A stretch of 64,000 bases of DNA from Felis catus (taxonomy: Eukaryota). The notes under the pieces are model-generated. The model was not told the origin of the DNA, did no database searches, and was given only the letters and a program-made list of their open reading frames with translations. Location of the stretch: assembly GCF_018350175.1 (NCBI RefSeq), contig NC_058373.1, positions 114,764,001 to 114,828,000 on the forward strand. Direction: 5' to 3'. A program made the translations under genes and the position numbers. Below are positions 12,301 through 25,023 of this stretch, piece by piece (the first letter of the stretch is position 1; every line of letters begins with the position of its first letter).

Positions 12301-13159
12301 TTCTAATAGGTCTTCTTTGGGGAGAGTCGTTACATAGTTGTGTTGAGGATCACAGGGTGCGTCTGTTCCTCTGTCATTCTGATTCACGGAGTGAACTTTA
12401 ATCTCCTTGAAACAGAAGATATTACATAACTATAAATAAATCATAGTTATCATTCCTTGTTGATATATGTCTTATCCGATATATGTCTTTTGGATATGTA
12501 GAACATGGCCTACGGCCAGGAAGTGTAATCAGAAGAGGCCCTAAGCAGAATAGCTGCCACCAAATCGGGTCCCAGACTTGGTAAGAGGTCAACCAGATGC
12601 CAGGGATGACCACGAATGAGAACACTTGACAGCGTCCAGAAGGGTTTAGTAGTCACCCAAGACCTTACGCCTGCTCAAGGGATTTCATCGTGTCAGCAAC
12701 AATAGTTGTTTCTGCCAGTGAGCATGGGTCATCAGGACAGCATTGGACACTTCTGGTCGATTCTGTATACGAAATTCTATCATTTTAGAAATAGTCCAAC
12801 AATAATAGAAGAAAACATCACTAAACAGTGAGCTGTAGTAGATTAGGAACATTCACTTTTGCCAAGCGCCTTGATTTTCTAACTAAATGAAGTATAACTG
12901 CAGCCGCAGGGTAGTCTGAAGTGAGTGGTTAGTAACAGCGGTTGATTTAATAATGTTTAATTACTGTAGCAGAGATGTGGGTAAGTTAAAGTGGCAAATA
13001 ACCCAAAACCCACTTCATTTTGGCTTTGGATAAGTATTGAATTCATGCTGGATGCCACATCTTCAGGTGTGATTGCATTTCCCTGTTTGCTGCCACAGAA
13101 AAGCTTTATGAAGAAAATTATTCTTCCTTGGTGTCGCCATTCTTCCATTTCCCTTTCTC

Positions 13160-13385
13160 TTTTTAAAAAAATTTTTGTTTTAAATGTTTATTTATTTTTG
13201 ACAGAGAGGGAAACAGAGCATGAGTGGGGGAGGGGCAGAGAGAGAGGGAGACGCAGAATCTGAAGCAGGCTCCAGGCTCTGAGCCATCAGCACAGAGCCC
13301 AATGCGGGACTCAAACTCACCAACTGTGAGATCATGATGTGAGCCGAAGTCGGATGCTTAACCGACTGAGCCACTCAGGTGCCCC
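13160..13385 (-). mobile_element. CAN-SINE
   Basis: TSD TCCCTTTCTCTTTTTA. Confidence 0.92.
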
Positions 13386-13973
13386 TCCCTTTCTCTTTTA
13401 TTCACTTGTGTGTGCTTGTATAGTTGACATTTTTGTTCTTGTCTAATCCAGTGAGTATTTGTTTGGATTTACCAAAATGTTTACCTTTTTCTTTGCTCAT
13501 TTTTTCCTTAGGATCATTTTCTTTAAGGTCATTCTTAGAAGTTTATGTCTTCAAAGCTCATTAAACTGGTTGTCACTGTTCTTGTTTTGAAAGTGTCTTT
13601 AGTTTGCTCTTAAGCTTAAAAGAAAGGTATTTTACTGGATACAAAATTCTAGCATGGCAATTTATCATCATTTTCAAGACAGTATTCCATTGTCTTCTGG
13701 CTTCTGTTGTTGCTGTTTAAAATGACTATCAGTCTAAGTGTTGATTCTTTGTAGGTAATCTAACTTTCTGTAGCTCCTTTTAAGATCTACACTTTGAGTT
13801 TGTAGTCCTGAAGATTCAGTATGATGAGGCTAAGTGTTCTTTCTGTATTACTAACATGGGATTCTGAGAGATAGGTAGAAATGAGGATTGACATCTTCTA
13901 TCAATTTTTATTTTATTAGTAGTATTTTTTAAAGAAGTCATTGCATTTTCTTTCTTTTTTTTAAAGCTTATTT

Positions 13974-14390
13974 GGGGCGCCTGGGTGGCTCGGTCGGTTA
14001 AGTGTCCGACTTCGGCTCAGGTCATGATCTCACGGTCCGTGAGTTCGAACCCCGCGTTGGGCTCTGTGCTGACAGCTCAGAGCCTGGAGCCTGTTTCGCA
14101 TTCTGTGTCTCCCTCTCTCTCTGCTCCTCCCCTGTTCATGCTCTGTCTCTCTCTGTCTCAAAAATAAATAAATGTTAAAAAAAAAAATTAAAGCTTATTT
14201 ATTTATTTTTGAGAAAGACAGAGAATATGTGTGTGAGTGGGGGAGGGGCAGAAGGAGAGGGAGAGAGGATCCCAAGCAGGCTCCATGCCATCAGTGTGTA
14301 GCCCGACACGAGGTTCGAACCCACGAACAGTGAGATTCACCTCTGAAATTAAGAGTCGGACACTCAACCGCCTCAGCCACCCAGGCACTC
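13974..14390. mobile_element. Sense CAN-SINE (13974-14187) inserted in the tail of an antisense CAN-SINE (to 14390)
   Basis: TSD TTAAAGCTTATTT at 13961-13973 and 14188-14200. Confidence 0.9.
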
Positions 14391-14689
14391 CTCTTTTATC
14401 AATTTTTGAATTCTCTTTGCAGATTGTCTTTACCCTGTTTGTTCTTCTCTCCACCACCCCCCCCCCCTTTTCTTTCTCATCTTCTCCCTCCTCTTCCTTC
14501 TTTATGCTGTAATTTGATCAGTTCTATTCTCAACTTTTTATGTTATCCTACATATCTGGTAATCTCTTTTATATTTAACATATTGTAGTCTCTATGGATT
14601 CATTCTGCGCGGTTTCTTTAGGTCCCTTTTACAGTCCCCTTTTTCTTTATTTAGTTTTGTCTAATCTGTTTTACTTGCCCCTGAAGTCT

Positions 14690-16560
14690 TTTTTTTTTTA
14701 ACCTTTTTATTGTGAAATAAAACACATCAAGAAAAGTGCCTGAACTGAAAATAGCTAAATGATTTATCTAAAGAGAACAGCTGTGTAACTAGAAACTAGG
14801 TCAGGAAATAGAAGATTGCTAGTACCCCAGAAGCTCCGCTTATAATCATTGTCCCCCAACAGTTATCATTATCCTGATTTTATAGTATTTACATTCTTGT
14901 TTTTCTTTATACTTTTACTACTTATGCATGCATCCCTAAGCACTGTAATTTAGATTTGCCTGCTTTTTAAATTTAATATATGTGAAACTGTAGAGTATGT
15001 ATTCTTTTGTGTCTGACTTCTTTTGCTCAACATTGTGAGATTTATCTATGGTGTGTGTGACTGTGACTCTTTGCCATATAGTAATCCCTTGTATAAATAT
15101 ATCATGATTCACTTCATCCATTCTAATATTGATGGGCATTTGAGTTTGTGGTTTGGAGCTCTTACAAATAATGTTGCAATAAATTTATGGACACAATATT
15201 ATTGGGCACATGTATCTAGGAGTGGAGTCCTACATCATAGAATTGTGTGTATGTTTAACTTACATGGATAATACCAAACTGTTTGCCAAGGAGGTTTTAA
15301 CTAATATACCCTCCGGTCAGTATTGTATGAGTGTAGCCATTGTTCGGCTGTTTTCAGAAGTGGTTATACTGATTTAACCTCCCACCAAGGCTGTCTTTGT
15401 CTGTATCTCGTCAACAGTTGGTACTGTTAGATTTTTATTTTTAATTTTTGTTTATTTTTTGGTACTGCCAGATTTTTATTTTTATTTATTTGGGCCTGTC
15501 AGATTATTTACTTTTTTACTAAGCCATTTTTTAATGCCTCTTTATTTTTAGAGAGAGGGCATGCATGCACAAGTCAGGGAGGAGCAGAGAGAGAGAGGGA
15601 GAGAGAGAATGGCAAGCAGGCTCTGTGCTGTTAGCCCAGAGCCTGACATGGGGCTCCATCCCACGAACTGTAAGATCATGACCTGAGCCAAAATCAAGAG
15701 TCTGACACTTACCTGACTGTGCCACCCAGGCACCCCTACATCTTCTTTTTCCATTCATCAGTTGATGGGCACTTGGGCTGATTCCATAATTTGGTTATTG
15801 TAGATAATGCTGCTATAAACATTGGGGTGCATATATCCCTTTGAATTAGTATTTTTGTATTCTTTGGGTACTGCAGTTGCTGGATTATAGGGTAGTTCTA
15901 TTTTTAACTTTTTTGAGGACCTCCATACTGTTTTCCAGAGTGGCTGCATTGGTTTGCATTCCCATCCACAGTGCAAGAGGGTTCCCCTTTCTCCACATCA
16001 CCTTTCTCCACAAGCCACCGTGCCTGTTGTCTCTTGTGTTGTTGATTTTAGCATTCTGATGGGTGTGAGATGGTATCTCATTGCAGTTTTGATTTGCATT
16101 CCCCTAATGATGAGTGACATTGATCATCTTTTCATGTGTCTGTTGGCTATGTGTAAAAAATGTCTATTCGTATCTTCTGCCCATTTTTAAATTGGATTAT
16201 TTGTGTTTTGGGTGCTGAGTTTGTAAGTTCTTGATATATTTTGGAATCTAACCCTTTATCAGATATGTCATTTGCAAATATCTTTTCCCATTCAGTAGGT
16301 TGCCGTTTAGTTTTGTTGATAATTGCCTTTGCTGTACTATAAAGTTTTAATTTATTTATTTTATTTTTTGGTTGAGCATCTTTTTACATTTTATTGATCA
16401 TTTAGATATCTCTAAGTGGCAAGTCTCTTGCCCCTTTTTCTTTGATTTGTCTTTTTCTTACTGATCTATTATAGGAGTTCTTTTTACATTCTGGGTATGA
16501 ATCCTTTGTGAGTTAAATGTATACCTGGAATGTTTTCTCCCATTCTGTAAATTGCCTTTA
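14690..16560 (-). mobile_element. L1 fragments (old L1M plus a younger piece ~15740-16340) with a SINE at 15527-15737
   Basis: Minus [33 protein letters not shown] is the L1 ORF2 C-terminus. Confidence 0.8.
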
Positions 16561-16587
16561 CATTATTATTTTTTTAAGATTGTATTT

Positions 16588-17116
16588 TTTTTTAAACATT
16601 TTATTTATTTTTGATACAGGGAGAGACAGAGCATGAACAGGGGAGGGTCAGAGAAAGGGAGACATGGAATCTGAAACAGGCTCCAGGCTCTGAGCTGTCA
16701 GCACAGAGCCCGACGCGGGGCTCGAACTCACGGACCGCGAGATCATGACCTGAGCCGAAGTCGGACGCTTAACCGACTGAGCCACCCAGGTGCCCCTTAA
16801 GATTGTATTTAAAAAAAATTTTTTTTTTAATTTTTATTTTTGAGAGAGACTGTGAGCGGGGGAGGGGTAGAGAGAGAGGGGGACAGAGGATCTGAAGTGG
16901 ACTCTGCGCTGACTGCAGGAAGCCTACTGCGGGGCTCGAACTCACAAACCGTGAGATTGTGACCTGAGCCAAAGCCGGGAGCTCAACCAACTGAGCCACC
17001 TAGGCACCCCTTAAGAATGTATTTTTAAGTAATCTCTACACCCAGCATGGGGCTCGAACTCATCACCCCATGATCAAGAGTTGCATGCTCTACCAACCGA
17101 GCCAGCCAAGCACCCC
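16588..17116 (-). mobile_element. Three stacked antisense SINEs (16588-16796, 16811-17010, short 17025-17116)
   Basis: Shared target TTAAGA(T/A)TGTATTT at 16574, 16797 and 17011. Confidence 0.9.
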
Positions 17117-18114
17117 GCCTTTACATTCTTTTTAATATTATCTTTTGATGATCAGAAGATCTGTATGGTACAGTTTAAGAAGTCTTATCCTATTCCTATG
17201 CATAAAGATATTTCCTGTATTATTTTCTTGGAGTTTTATGGCATTAATCTCGCACATTTAGATTTATGATTCACCTGAAATTCATTGTGTGTGGGGGTGG
17301 GGCTGCGAGGTAGGGTCAGGTTTTATTTTTCCCTCATATGGATATCCACTTGTCCTACCTAGTACCATAAATTGAAAAGATAAACCTTTCCTCACTGCTC
17401 AGCAATGCCTCTTTACCTCAGAACATATTATCTGTATGAATAGATCTGTTTATGGGCTCTCTAATAGTCTGTTTTGCTATTCTTGCACCAGTGATCACAA
17501 ACTATCTTAGTTCCTGTTGTTTTATCATGACTCCTGATACCTAGGACAGTGATACTTGCTATCTTGTTCTTTTTCCAGAATATCTTCATCTTATTCCTTT
17601 GCATTTCCTTATACTTTTTAAAACCTGCTTTTCAGGTTCTACAAAAAAAATTCTTGATATTTTGATTGAGATTGTATTGGCATCAGTAGATCAATCTGTG
17701 AGGAATTAACTGCTTAGAATATTGAGTTTTATAACCTAGGAATATTTATTTAGATCTCTAATTTCTCTTAAAAATTGGTAGTTTTCTGTGATTTTAAAAA
17801 TTCTTTATAAATGAAATCTTTAAAATTTTTTTGTGTTTCTGGTATCTGGAAATGCAGTTGATTTTTATATATTTCTCTCCTATTAAGGACCCTTACTAAA
17901 CTCATTAATTCAAATTACTTGTAGATTCTTTTGGATTTTTGTGTACACTCTTATATCATTTGAGAAGTGACCATTTTCTTTCTTTCCAGTCCTTACACCT
18001 TTTGTTTCTTTTCTTACCTTACTGTACTGACTAGGATCACAGTGTAAGTGCCCAGTAGAAGTGGTGACAGTAGGCATCCCTGACTCATTCCCTATCCCAA
18101 AATGACAGCTTTCA

Positions 18115-18582
18115 GAGGTGCCTAGGTGGCTCAGTCAGTTAAGCATCCGACTTTGGCCCAGGTCATGATCTCACGGTTTGTGAGTTTGAGCCCTGCATCA
18201 GGCTCCCTGTTGTCTGCACAGAACCTGCTTCGAATCCTTTGTCCCCCTCTCTCTCTGGCGGTCCCCCACACTTGCTCTTTCTCTTTCAAAAATAAGTAAA
18301 CATTAGGGGCGCCTGGGTGGCGCAGTCGGTTAAGCGTCCGACTTCAGCCAGGTCACCATCTCGCGGTCCGTGAGTTCGAGCCCCGCGTCGGGCTCTGGGC
18401 TGATGGCTTGGAGCCTGGAGCCTGTTTCTGATGCTGTGTCTCCCTCTCTCTCTGCCCTTCCCCTGTTCATGCTGTTTCTCTCTGTCCCAAAAATAAAAAA
18501 TAAAAAACGTTGAGAAAAAAAATTAAAAAAAAAAATAAGTAAACATTAAAAAAAATTAAAAGACTAAATAAATAAATTTTTA
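18115..18582 (+). mobile_element. Nested CAN-SINEs: young inner copy 18306-18530 in the tail of an outer copy
   Basis: Outer TSD AAAATGACAGCTTTCA (18099/18583); inner TSD AAAAATAAGTAAACATTA (18288/18531). Confidence 0.92.
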
Positions 18583-19029
18583 AAAATGACAGCTTTCAAC
18601 ATTTTCAAGTTGAATACGATATGTGCCATGTTCGTCAATGCCGATGTTTGTTTGTAGATCCCTTTACCAGATTAAATACGTTGAATTCTATTCTTGGTTT
18701 GTTAAGGGTACTTTTCTGTATTTCTTGAGATGACTATGTAGTTTTTCTCCTTTATTCTGTTTTTGTGGTGAAAGACATTGGTGTTTTAATTTCTGGAGTA
18801 AATCCAGGTTGGTCCTGATGTCTTTATTCTTTTTATACATTGCTGAATTCATTTTGCTCATGCATTTTAGAGGATTTTTTTAAAACTATGTTCATGAGAG
18901 TGATATTGGATTATAATTTTCTTTCCTAGAAATGACCCTGTCTGATTTTGAGTAAAAGTTATATTGGCCTCACACAACAAGTTAATGTTGTGTTCTCTGG
19001 AAGAGTTTCTATACGATTTCATTCTTTTT

Positions 19030-19381
19030 TGGGCACCTGAGTGGCTCAGTCAGTTAAGCGTCTGACTTGATTTCAGCTCAGGTTGTGATCTCACAGTGGT
19101 GAGATCAAGCCCTTTGTTGGGTTCCATGATGAGCATGGAACCTGCTAAAAATTCTCTCTGCGGGGCGCCTGAGTGGCTCAGTCGGTTAAGTGTCCGACTT
19201 TGGCTCAGGTCATGATCTCGTGGTTCACGAGTTCGAGCCCCGCGTCGGGCTCTGTGCTGACAGCTCAGAGCCTGGAGCCTGCTTCTGATTCTGTGTCTCC
19301 CTCTCTCTCTGACCCTCCCCCCATTCATGCTCTGTCTCTCTCTGTCTCAAAAATAAATAAACATTAAAAAAATTTAAAAAA

Positions 19382-19416
<35 letters not shown>

Positions 19417-19488
19417 AAATTCTCTCTGCTTCTCCCCATCCCCTGCTTGCATGCATGCTCTCTCTCTTTCTCTCAAAAGAAAAAAAAA
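19030..19488 (+). mobile_element. Nested CAN-SINEs: inner copy 19162-19414 in the body of an outer copy
   Basis: Inner TSD AAAAATTCTCTCTGC (19147/19415); (AAAT)n tail. Confidence 0.92.
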
Positions 19489-19639
19489 GATTGTCATTCT
19501 TTTTTCCTTAAATATTTGATTAGGATCTACTGGTAAAGCCATCTGCAGTTATTTTTTTTTTTAAGGGAAGTGTTTGAATTAAGGATATCATTTTTTAATA
19601 GTTTTGGGGCTCTTCAGATTTTCTATTTCTTCGTGTCTT

Positions 19640-19763
19640 TTTAAAAAAAAAATTGTTTATTTATTTATTAACTAAGTAGTCTCCACATCCAACACGGGAC
19701 TTGAACTCGCAACCCTGAGATCCAGAGTGGCATACTTTTCCAACTGAGCCAGCCACGTGCCCC
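19640..19763 (-). mobile_element. Short older carnivore SINE
   Basis: gaactcgcaaccctgagatcc...caactgagccagcca. Confidence 0.7.
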
Positions 19764-20331
19764 ATATTCATGTCTGTTTTGATAAATTATATTTTTCATC
19801 AGAATCTTCTTTCAAATTTTAAAATTATGAGCATAAACATGTTTATAATATCTTCAGGTTTTTTTCCCCAATCAGAAGGATATGTAGAGTTGGCTCCTTT
19901 TTCCTTCTTGACATCATTTATTTGTGCTTCTTTCTTTTTTCTTGATTTCTCCTTCTATGAGCTTATCAATTTTATTAGTCTTTTCAAAGAATCAACTTCT
20001 CACTTTGTTGATCTTCTTTATTGTATGTTTGTGTTTTATTTCATTGATTTCTGCTCTTTCTCTCATTTTTTTCTTCTACTCGCTTGGGTGTAATTTGCTC
20101 CATTTATTCCTCAAACTACTTTAATCTGACTTCCTACTCTACTACTCCACTGAAACTGATCAAGTTGATGGCTTTCTTGTTTTCGAATCCAGTGGACACT
20201 TATTTAGTAATCCAGTGTTATTCTAGCTGTCAAAAGCACCTGCACAGTTCCTGCATAAGACATTCTTCTTGGCTTTCGTGTCTTCATACTTTTCTGTCTC
20301 CTATCAGTACGATTCTTTCCTCTTTTCCTTC

Positions 20332-21738
20332 TTTTTTTTTAAATTTTATTTATTTTTATTTATTATTATTTTTAAAAATTTACATCCAAGTTAGTTAGCA
20401 TATAGTGCAACAGTGATTTCAGGGGTAGATTCCTTGATTCCCCTTACCCATTTAGCGCATCCCCCCTCCCACAACCCCTCCAGTAAACCTCTGTTCTCCG
20501 TATTTAAGAGTCTCTTATATTTTGTCCCCCTCCCTGTTTTTAGATTATTTTTGCTTCCCTTCTCTTATGTTCATCTGTTCTGTGTCTTAAAGTCCTCATA
20601 TGAGTGAAGTCATATAATATTTGTCTTTCTCTGACTAATTTCGCTTAGCATAATACCCTCTAGTTCATCCACGTAGTTGCAAATGGCAAGATTTCATTCT
20701 TTTTGATTGCCGAGTAATACTCCCTTATATATATGTACCACATCTTCTTTATCCATTCATCCATCGATGGACATTTGGGCCCTTTCCATGCTTTGGCTAT
20801 TGTTGATAGTGCTGCTATAAACATGGGGGTGTATGCGCTCCTTCGAAACAGCACACCTATATCCTTTGGATAAATACCTAGTAGTGCAGTTCCTGGGTCA
20901 TAGGGTAATTCTATTTTTAATTTTTTGAGGAACCTCCATACTGTTTTCCAGAGTGGCTGTACCAGCTTGCATTCCCACCAGCAGTGCAAAAGAGATTCTC
21001 TTTCTCTGCATCCTTGCCAACATCTGTTGTTACCTGAGTTGTTAATGTTAGTCATTCTGACAGGTGTGAGGTGGTATCTCATTGTGGTTTTGATTTGTAG
21101 TTCCCTGATGATGAGTGATGTTGAGCATTTTTTCATATGTTGGCTGGCCATCTGGATGTCTTTGGAGAAGTGCCTATTCATGTCTTTTGCCCATTTCTTC
21201 ACTGGATTATTTGTTTTTTGGGTGTTGAGTTTGGTAAGTTCTTTATAGATGTTGGATACTACCCCTTTATCTGATATGTCGTTTGCAGATATCTTGTCCC
21301 ATTCCATCGGTTGCCTTTTAGTTTTGCTGATTGTTTCCCTCACTGTGCAGAAGCTTTTTATTTTGATGAGATCCCAATAGTCCATTTTTGCTTTTGTTTC
21401 CCTTGCCTCCAGAGACATGTTGAGTAAGAAGTTGCTGCAGCTGAGGTCAAAGAGGTTTTTGCCTGCTTTCTCCTCGAGGATTTTGATGCTTCCTGTCTTA
21501 CGTTTAGGTCTTTGATCCATTTTGAGTTTATTTTTGTGTATGGTGTAAGAAAGTGGTGCAGGTTCATTTTTCTGCATGTTGCCGTCCAGTTCTCCCAGCA
21601 CCACTTGCTGAAGAGACTGTCTTTATTCCATTGGATATTCTTTCCTGCTTTGTCAAAGATGAGTTGGCCATATGCTTGTGGGTCCATTTCTGGGTTCTCT
21701 ATTCTGTTTCATTGATCTGAGTGTCTGTTTTTGTGCCA
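20332..21738 (-). mobile_element. 5'-truncated carnivore/felid L1 (ORF2 C-terminus plus 3' UTR)
   Basis: ORFs 21358-21687 ([29 protein letters not shown]) and 20660-21604 with the Cys-rich motif [18 protein letters not shown]; poly-T tail at ~20332. Confidence 0.95.
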
Positions 21739-21739
21739 A

Positions 21740-21937
21740 ATGTATATTTATTTTTGAGAGAGAGAGTGCAGGCAGGGGAGGGGCAGAGAAAGAGGGAGAC
21801 ACAGAATCCAAAGCAGGCTCCATCCAGGCTCTGAGCTGTCAGCACAGAGCCCAACGTGGAGCTTGAACCCATGAACCATGAGATCATGACCTGAGCTGAA
21901 GTCAGACGCTTAACCCACCGAACCAGCCAGGCGCCCC
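21740..21937 (-). mobile_element. CAN-SINE abutting the L1 5' truncation point
   Basis: Full antisense body. Confidence 0.9.
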
Positions 21938-22079
21938 TAAAGAGATTTTTTTAAAATAGACTTTTTAATAGTGTGAATTTTACTAATTTTTAAAATTTGG
22001 TACAAGTTTTTAAATATGTGGAAACCAAAATAATGGTAACATTAAACATGTCTGGGGATCAACAGATGTGTCCATGGAC

Positions 22080-23290
22080 CACAAATTTATGTCTTCTAAT
22101 CAACATTCTTTTCTCAAGTGATCTCGTCTGCCTTATAGCTTTAAATACCATTGACATGCTGATGACTCTTAAAATTAGAACTCTAGCCTTTTATGTCCAC
22201 CTGTCTACTTGGCATCTTCCCTTCAAAGGCTAATAGTCATCTCAAACTTACCATGTTCCCAACAGAACTTTTGAGTTTTCTTCCCAAACCAGTATTATCC
22301 TTAGTCTTCTCTACCTTTAAGATGAAAGTCAGGGAGACATTCTCCCCACTAAGGGCTGACCAACAGAAATGATAAGATTGAAAATCAGACACAAACAGGC
22401 AATTATGGTATGCTGAGTTTCTTCAGTGGTAACATATGTAGAAATTCATAGAAATGGTTGTGGAAATAACATAGCATTCTACCAGATAGAGGTATGGGTT
22501 TCCAGATCCCCCTGAATTACTCATGGTAATGTATAATTATATGTAAATCACATGTACAAAATGAGGTGTCTGCCATGTTTGAGAAGCCAAAAGATGCCTT
22601 TCTCTTGGGAAGGTGGGGATGGACATGTTAAATATCTTTCTGGCCCCTGGCTCCTGCCTGATGTTTTCTAGAGTCTCTAGCTACAGATGTCCTCGCTTGA
22701 TGGATGCAAATAATTGGTGCACTAAAGATTGAATGAAGTGAAGGTCGTTTTCCAAAGAGCATTGTTCTACAGGCCCAGGCTTCAAGCCTGCTGGAGGTCT
22801 ACATCCTTTTCCTTACTATTAACCCTTTTCTGGTAATACTTCCTAGTGCTGTCTCCAGAATAGATGTTGCATCCATGTACTTCTCTGCCTCTCCTCTGCT
22901 TCCTCCCTAGCCTAAGCTTCAAGGGTCTCTTCTGTAGACCTTTGTGGTACCCTCCTGAGTTGCCTCCCAGCTTGGGATCTTGTGCATCTACGGTCCCCGC
23001 ACCCCGTATGGTAACCAAAGTGAACTTTTAAAAATGAAAATCAGATCATGTCAGTCCTCTGGTTAAAACCATTTCATTGCTTTCAGTAAAACCGAGATAT
23101 CTTAATTACTTACGTTTACTTAGGGACTTACATGCTCTGGCCTCTCTCAGCATCTCTGATTTGTCTCCTATTCTCTTCCCACCCTATTTTTTTTTTTTTT
23201 AATCCTCCTATTGTTACTTTCTAGCCTCATTAAGCCTTTATTGTGTCACTTAAACAGGATAAGCTCATTCATATCTCAAAGCCATGGTCT
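22080..23290 (-). mobile_element. L2 fragments (~22080-22320, ~23010-23290)
   Basis: tctacttggcat...catctcaaactta; aaaatcagatcatgtca.tcctct. Confidence 0.6.
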
Positions 23291-24808
23291 AAATTTAACT
23301 GAAACATAAACTCCACAGACTAAGAATGCTTATTAATCTGTTCAAACCCAGAAGATGGTCTCAGATCATTCTTTACTCTCTGCTGCCACCATGGGGTCAT
23401 TTGAAGAATTGTGGGCTTTTCCAGAAAGTTGTACAGCTCTGGACTTTTAAGAATCCTGAAGCCCAAATAGATTATCCACTGGCCCTCAGGAAAGAGACTC
23501 TTTAAACCAGTGCTCCCTAAGTGAATCACTGGAATACAGAAAAAGTTTCCATACAAAAATTTTGTCCAAACTTTGATGCTTCATGGCATCATTCATTAAA
23601 AGTTTTTACTTTTGTGTATGTTTAATATTATCCGTGACATATTAGTATAGTACTACATGTTTATAATGTATAAATGCATATGTATATATATGTTATGTAT
23701 GTCACAGACATTTTTATGAGTTGGCTAATCTAAAGAACACTGGATTAAATAATGCTAATGAAATTTAAATGTGTCTTTTTTTGTTGTTTTATTAAATATA
23801 ATGTTGGTAAGCCAAGGATTCCATTGTTTTCCATAAGTAGTCAGTGATGTCAAGGCAAAAAGATACTAGGAAGCAAAGGGGGGGAATATGAGAAATAAAG
23901 ACTAGATTAGATGTCTTATTCTTTAAGCCAAATTGACTCTGCTAAAAGCATTATTCTTCCAATGACACATTCCACATAAATTGGGTACCTATTTGAATCA
24001 TAAACATTTGAATTCCTAGTGGAAATACTGTATGTGATCCATTGGATCTTAAGCACAATCCCAAAACAGTATTAAAAAGACTTATTTATTTATTTATTTA
24101 TTTAAAGTATTTATTTATTTAAAGTATTTTAGACAATGGAACACTACTCAAAAGATGTACAGAGATCCAGCCTTAGGAATTTGCAGTGAGTATTATGTCA
24201 CATTAACAGTGCTAAATATTAGAAGAAGAGATGTATAGCTTTTTCTTGGAGAGTTGGTATATGGAGGAAGGGAATTCTTCACTGATAAAAAGCCACATCT
24301 GGATGAATTGTTATAGAACAGGAACCAGTAGTCAAGTTTCTTGTAGGTCTTTTTTGACCTTGGCTAAGCCCTAAGAAATAGACACCTTAGAAATCAAACT
24401 GGCATGCTTTGTTTGAGGATATGGAAATAACCCTCATTGATAAAGCACTGCCTGAGGAAGGAGATCCTAAGATTTTGTGAGTTGGGCCATGATTTTACTT
24501 AGTGAAGTAGAAGTCAAAGACAAGGGCTCTCTGGATTTTGTTTTTAACAGAAGCTCTGTGATCTTAACTATTTCCTTTCTGTGGTTTTGGTAACCTCAAC
24601 TCTGAAATATCCTACCTCTGATTACTTGTAACACTTTGAGTCACTCCTTTGGTATTTACCATGCAATTTGTGTGGATTGTACCCTACTAATAAGGCTCTA
24701 ATCCCTAAGGTAGGTTCCATCTGTTACATAACTTCATATCCACGGTGGCACCTGGTACAATGCCTAGCCCTCTGATACATAGCAGTGAGAGAACTGCATT
24801 GCCCAGAG

Positions 24809-25023
24809 CAGCGTTTCCCACTGTGAATATTTTGGGCGGATGATTGGTTGCCGTGAGAGGCTATCTGGTACCTTGTAGGATATTTGGTAGCATTCTGGCC
24901 TCTACCTGTTAGGTACTTGTGCACCAGCTCTCCAAGTTGTGACAACCCAGAATTTCTCCAGACATCGTCAGATGTCCCTCAGATGTGGGAGGGGGGTGCA
25001 AATGAATCTTGGTTGAGAACTGC
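24809..25023 (-). mobile_element. MER20
   Basis: Antisense MER20: tagcattctggcctctacc...gttgtgacaacc..tctccagacat...ggttgagaac. Confidence 0.75.

Larger units (their letters stand above)
17120..20100 (-). mobile_element. Degenerate old L1 (L1ME-like) ORF2 fragments, interrupted by SINEs
   Basis: T-rich antisense L1-like text (ttttgattgagattgtattg, tagaagtggtgacagtaggcatccc, ttattcttttttatacattgctgaattc). Confidence 0.6.

Noticed and set aside
20660..21604. Longest ORF (314 aa) as a host gene
   Set aside because: It is the C-terminus of L1 ORF2, 5'-truncated, with no promoter, endonuclease or reverse transcriptase core
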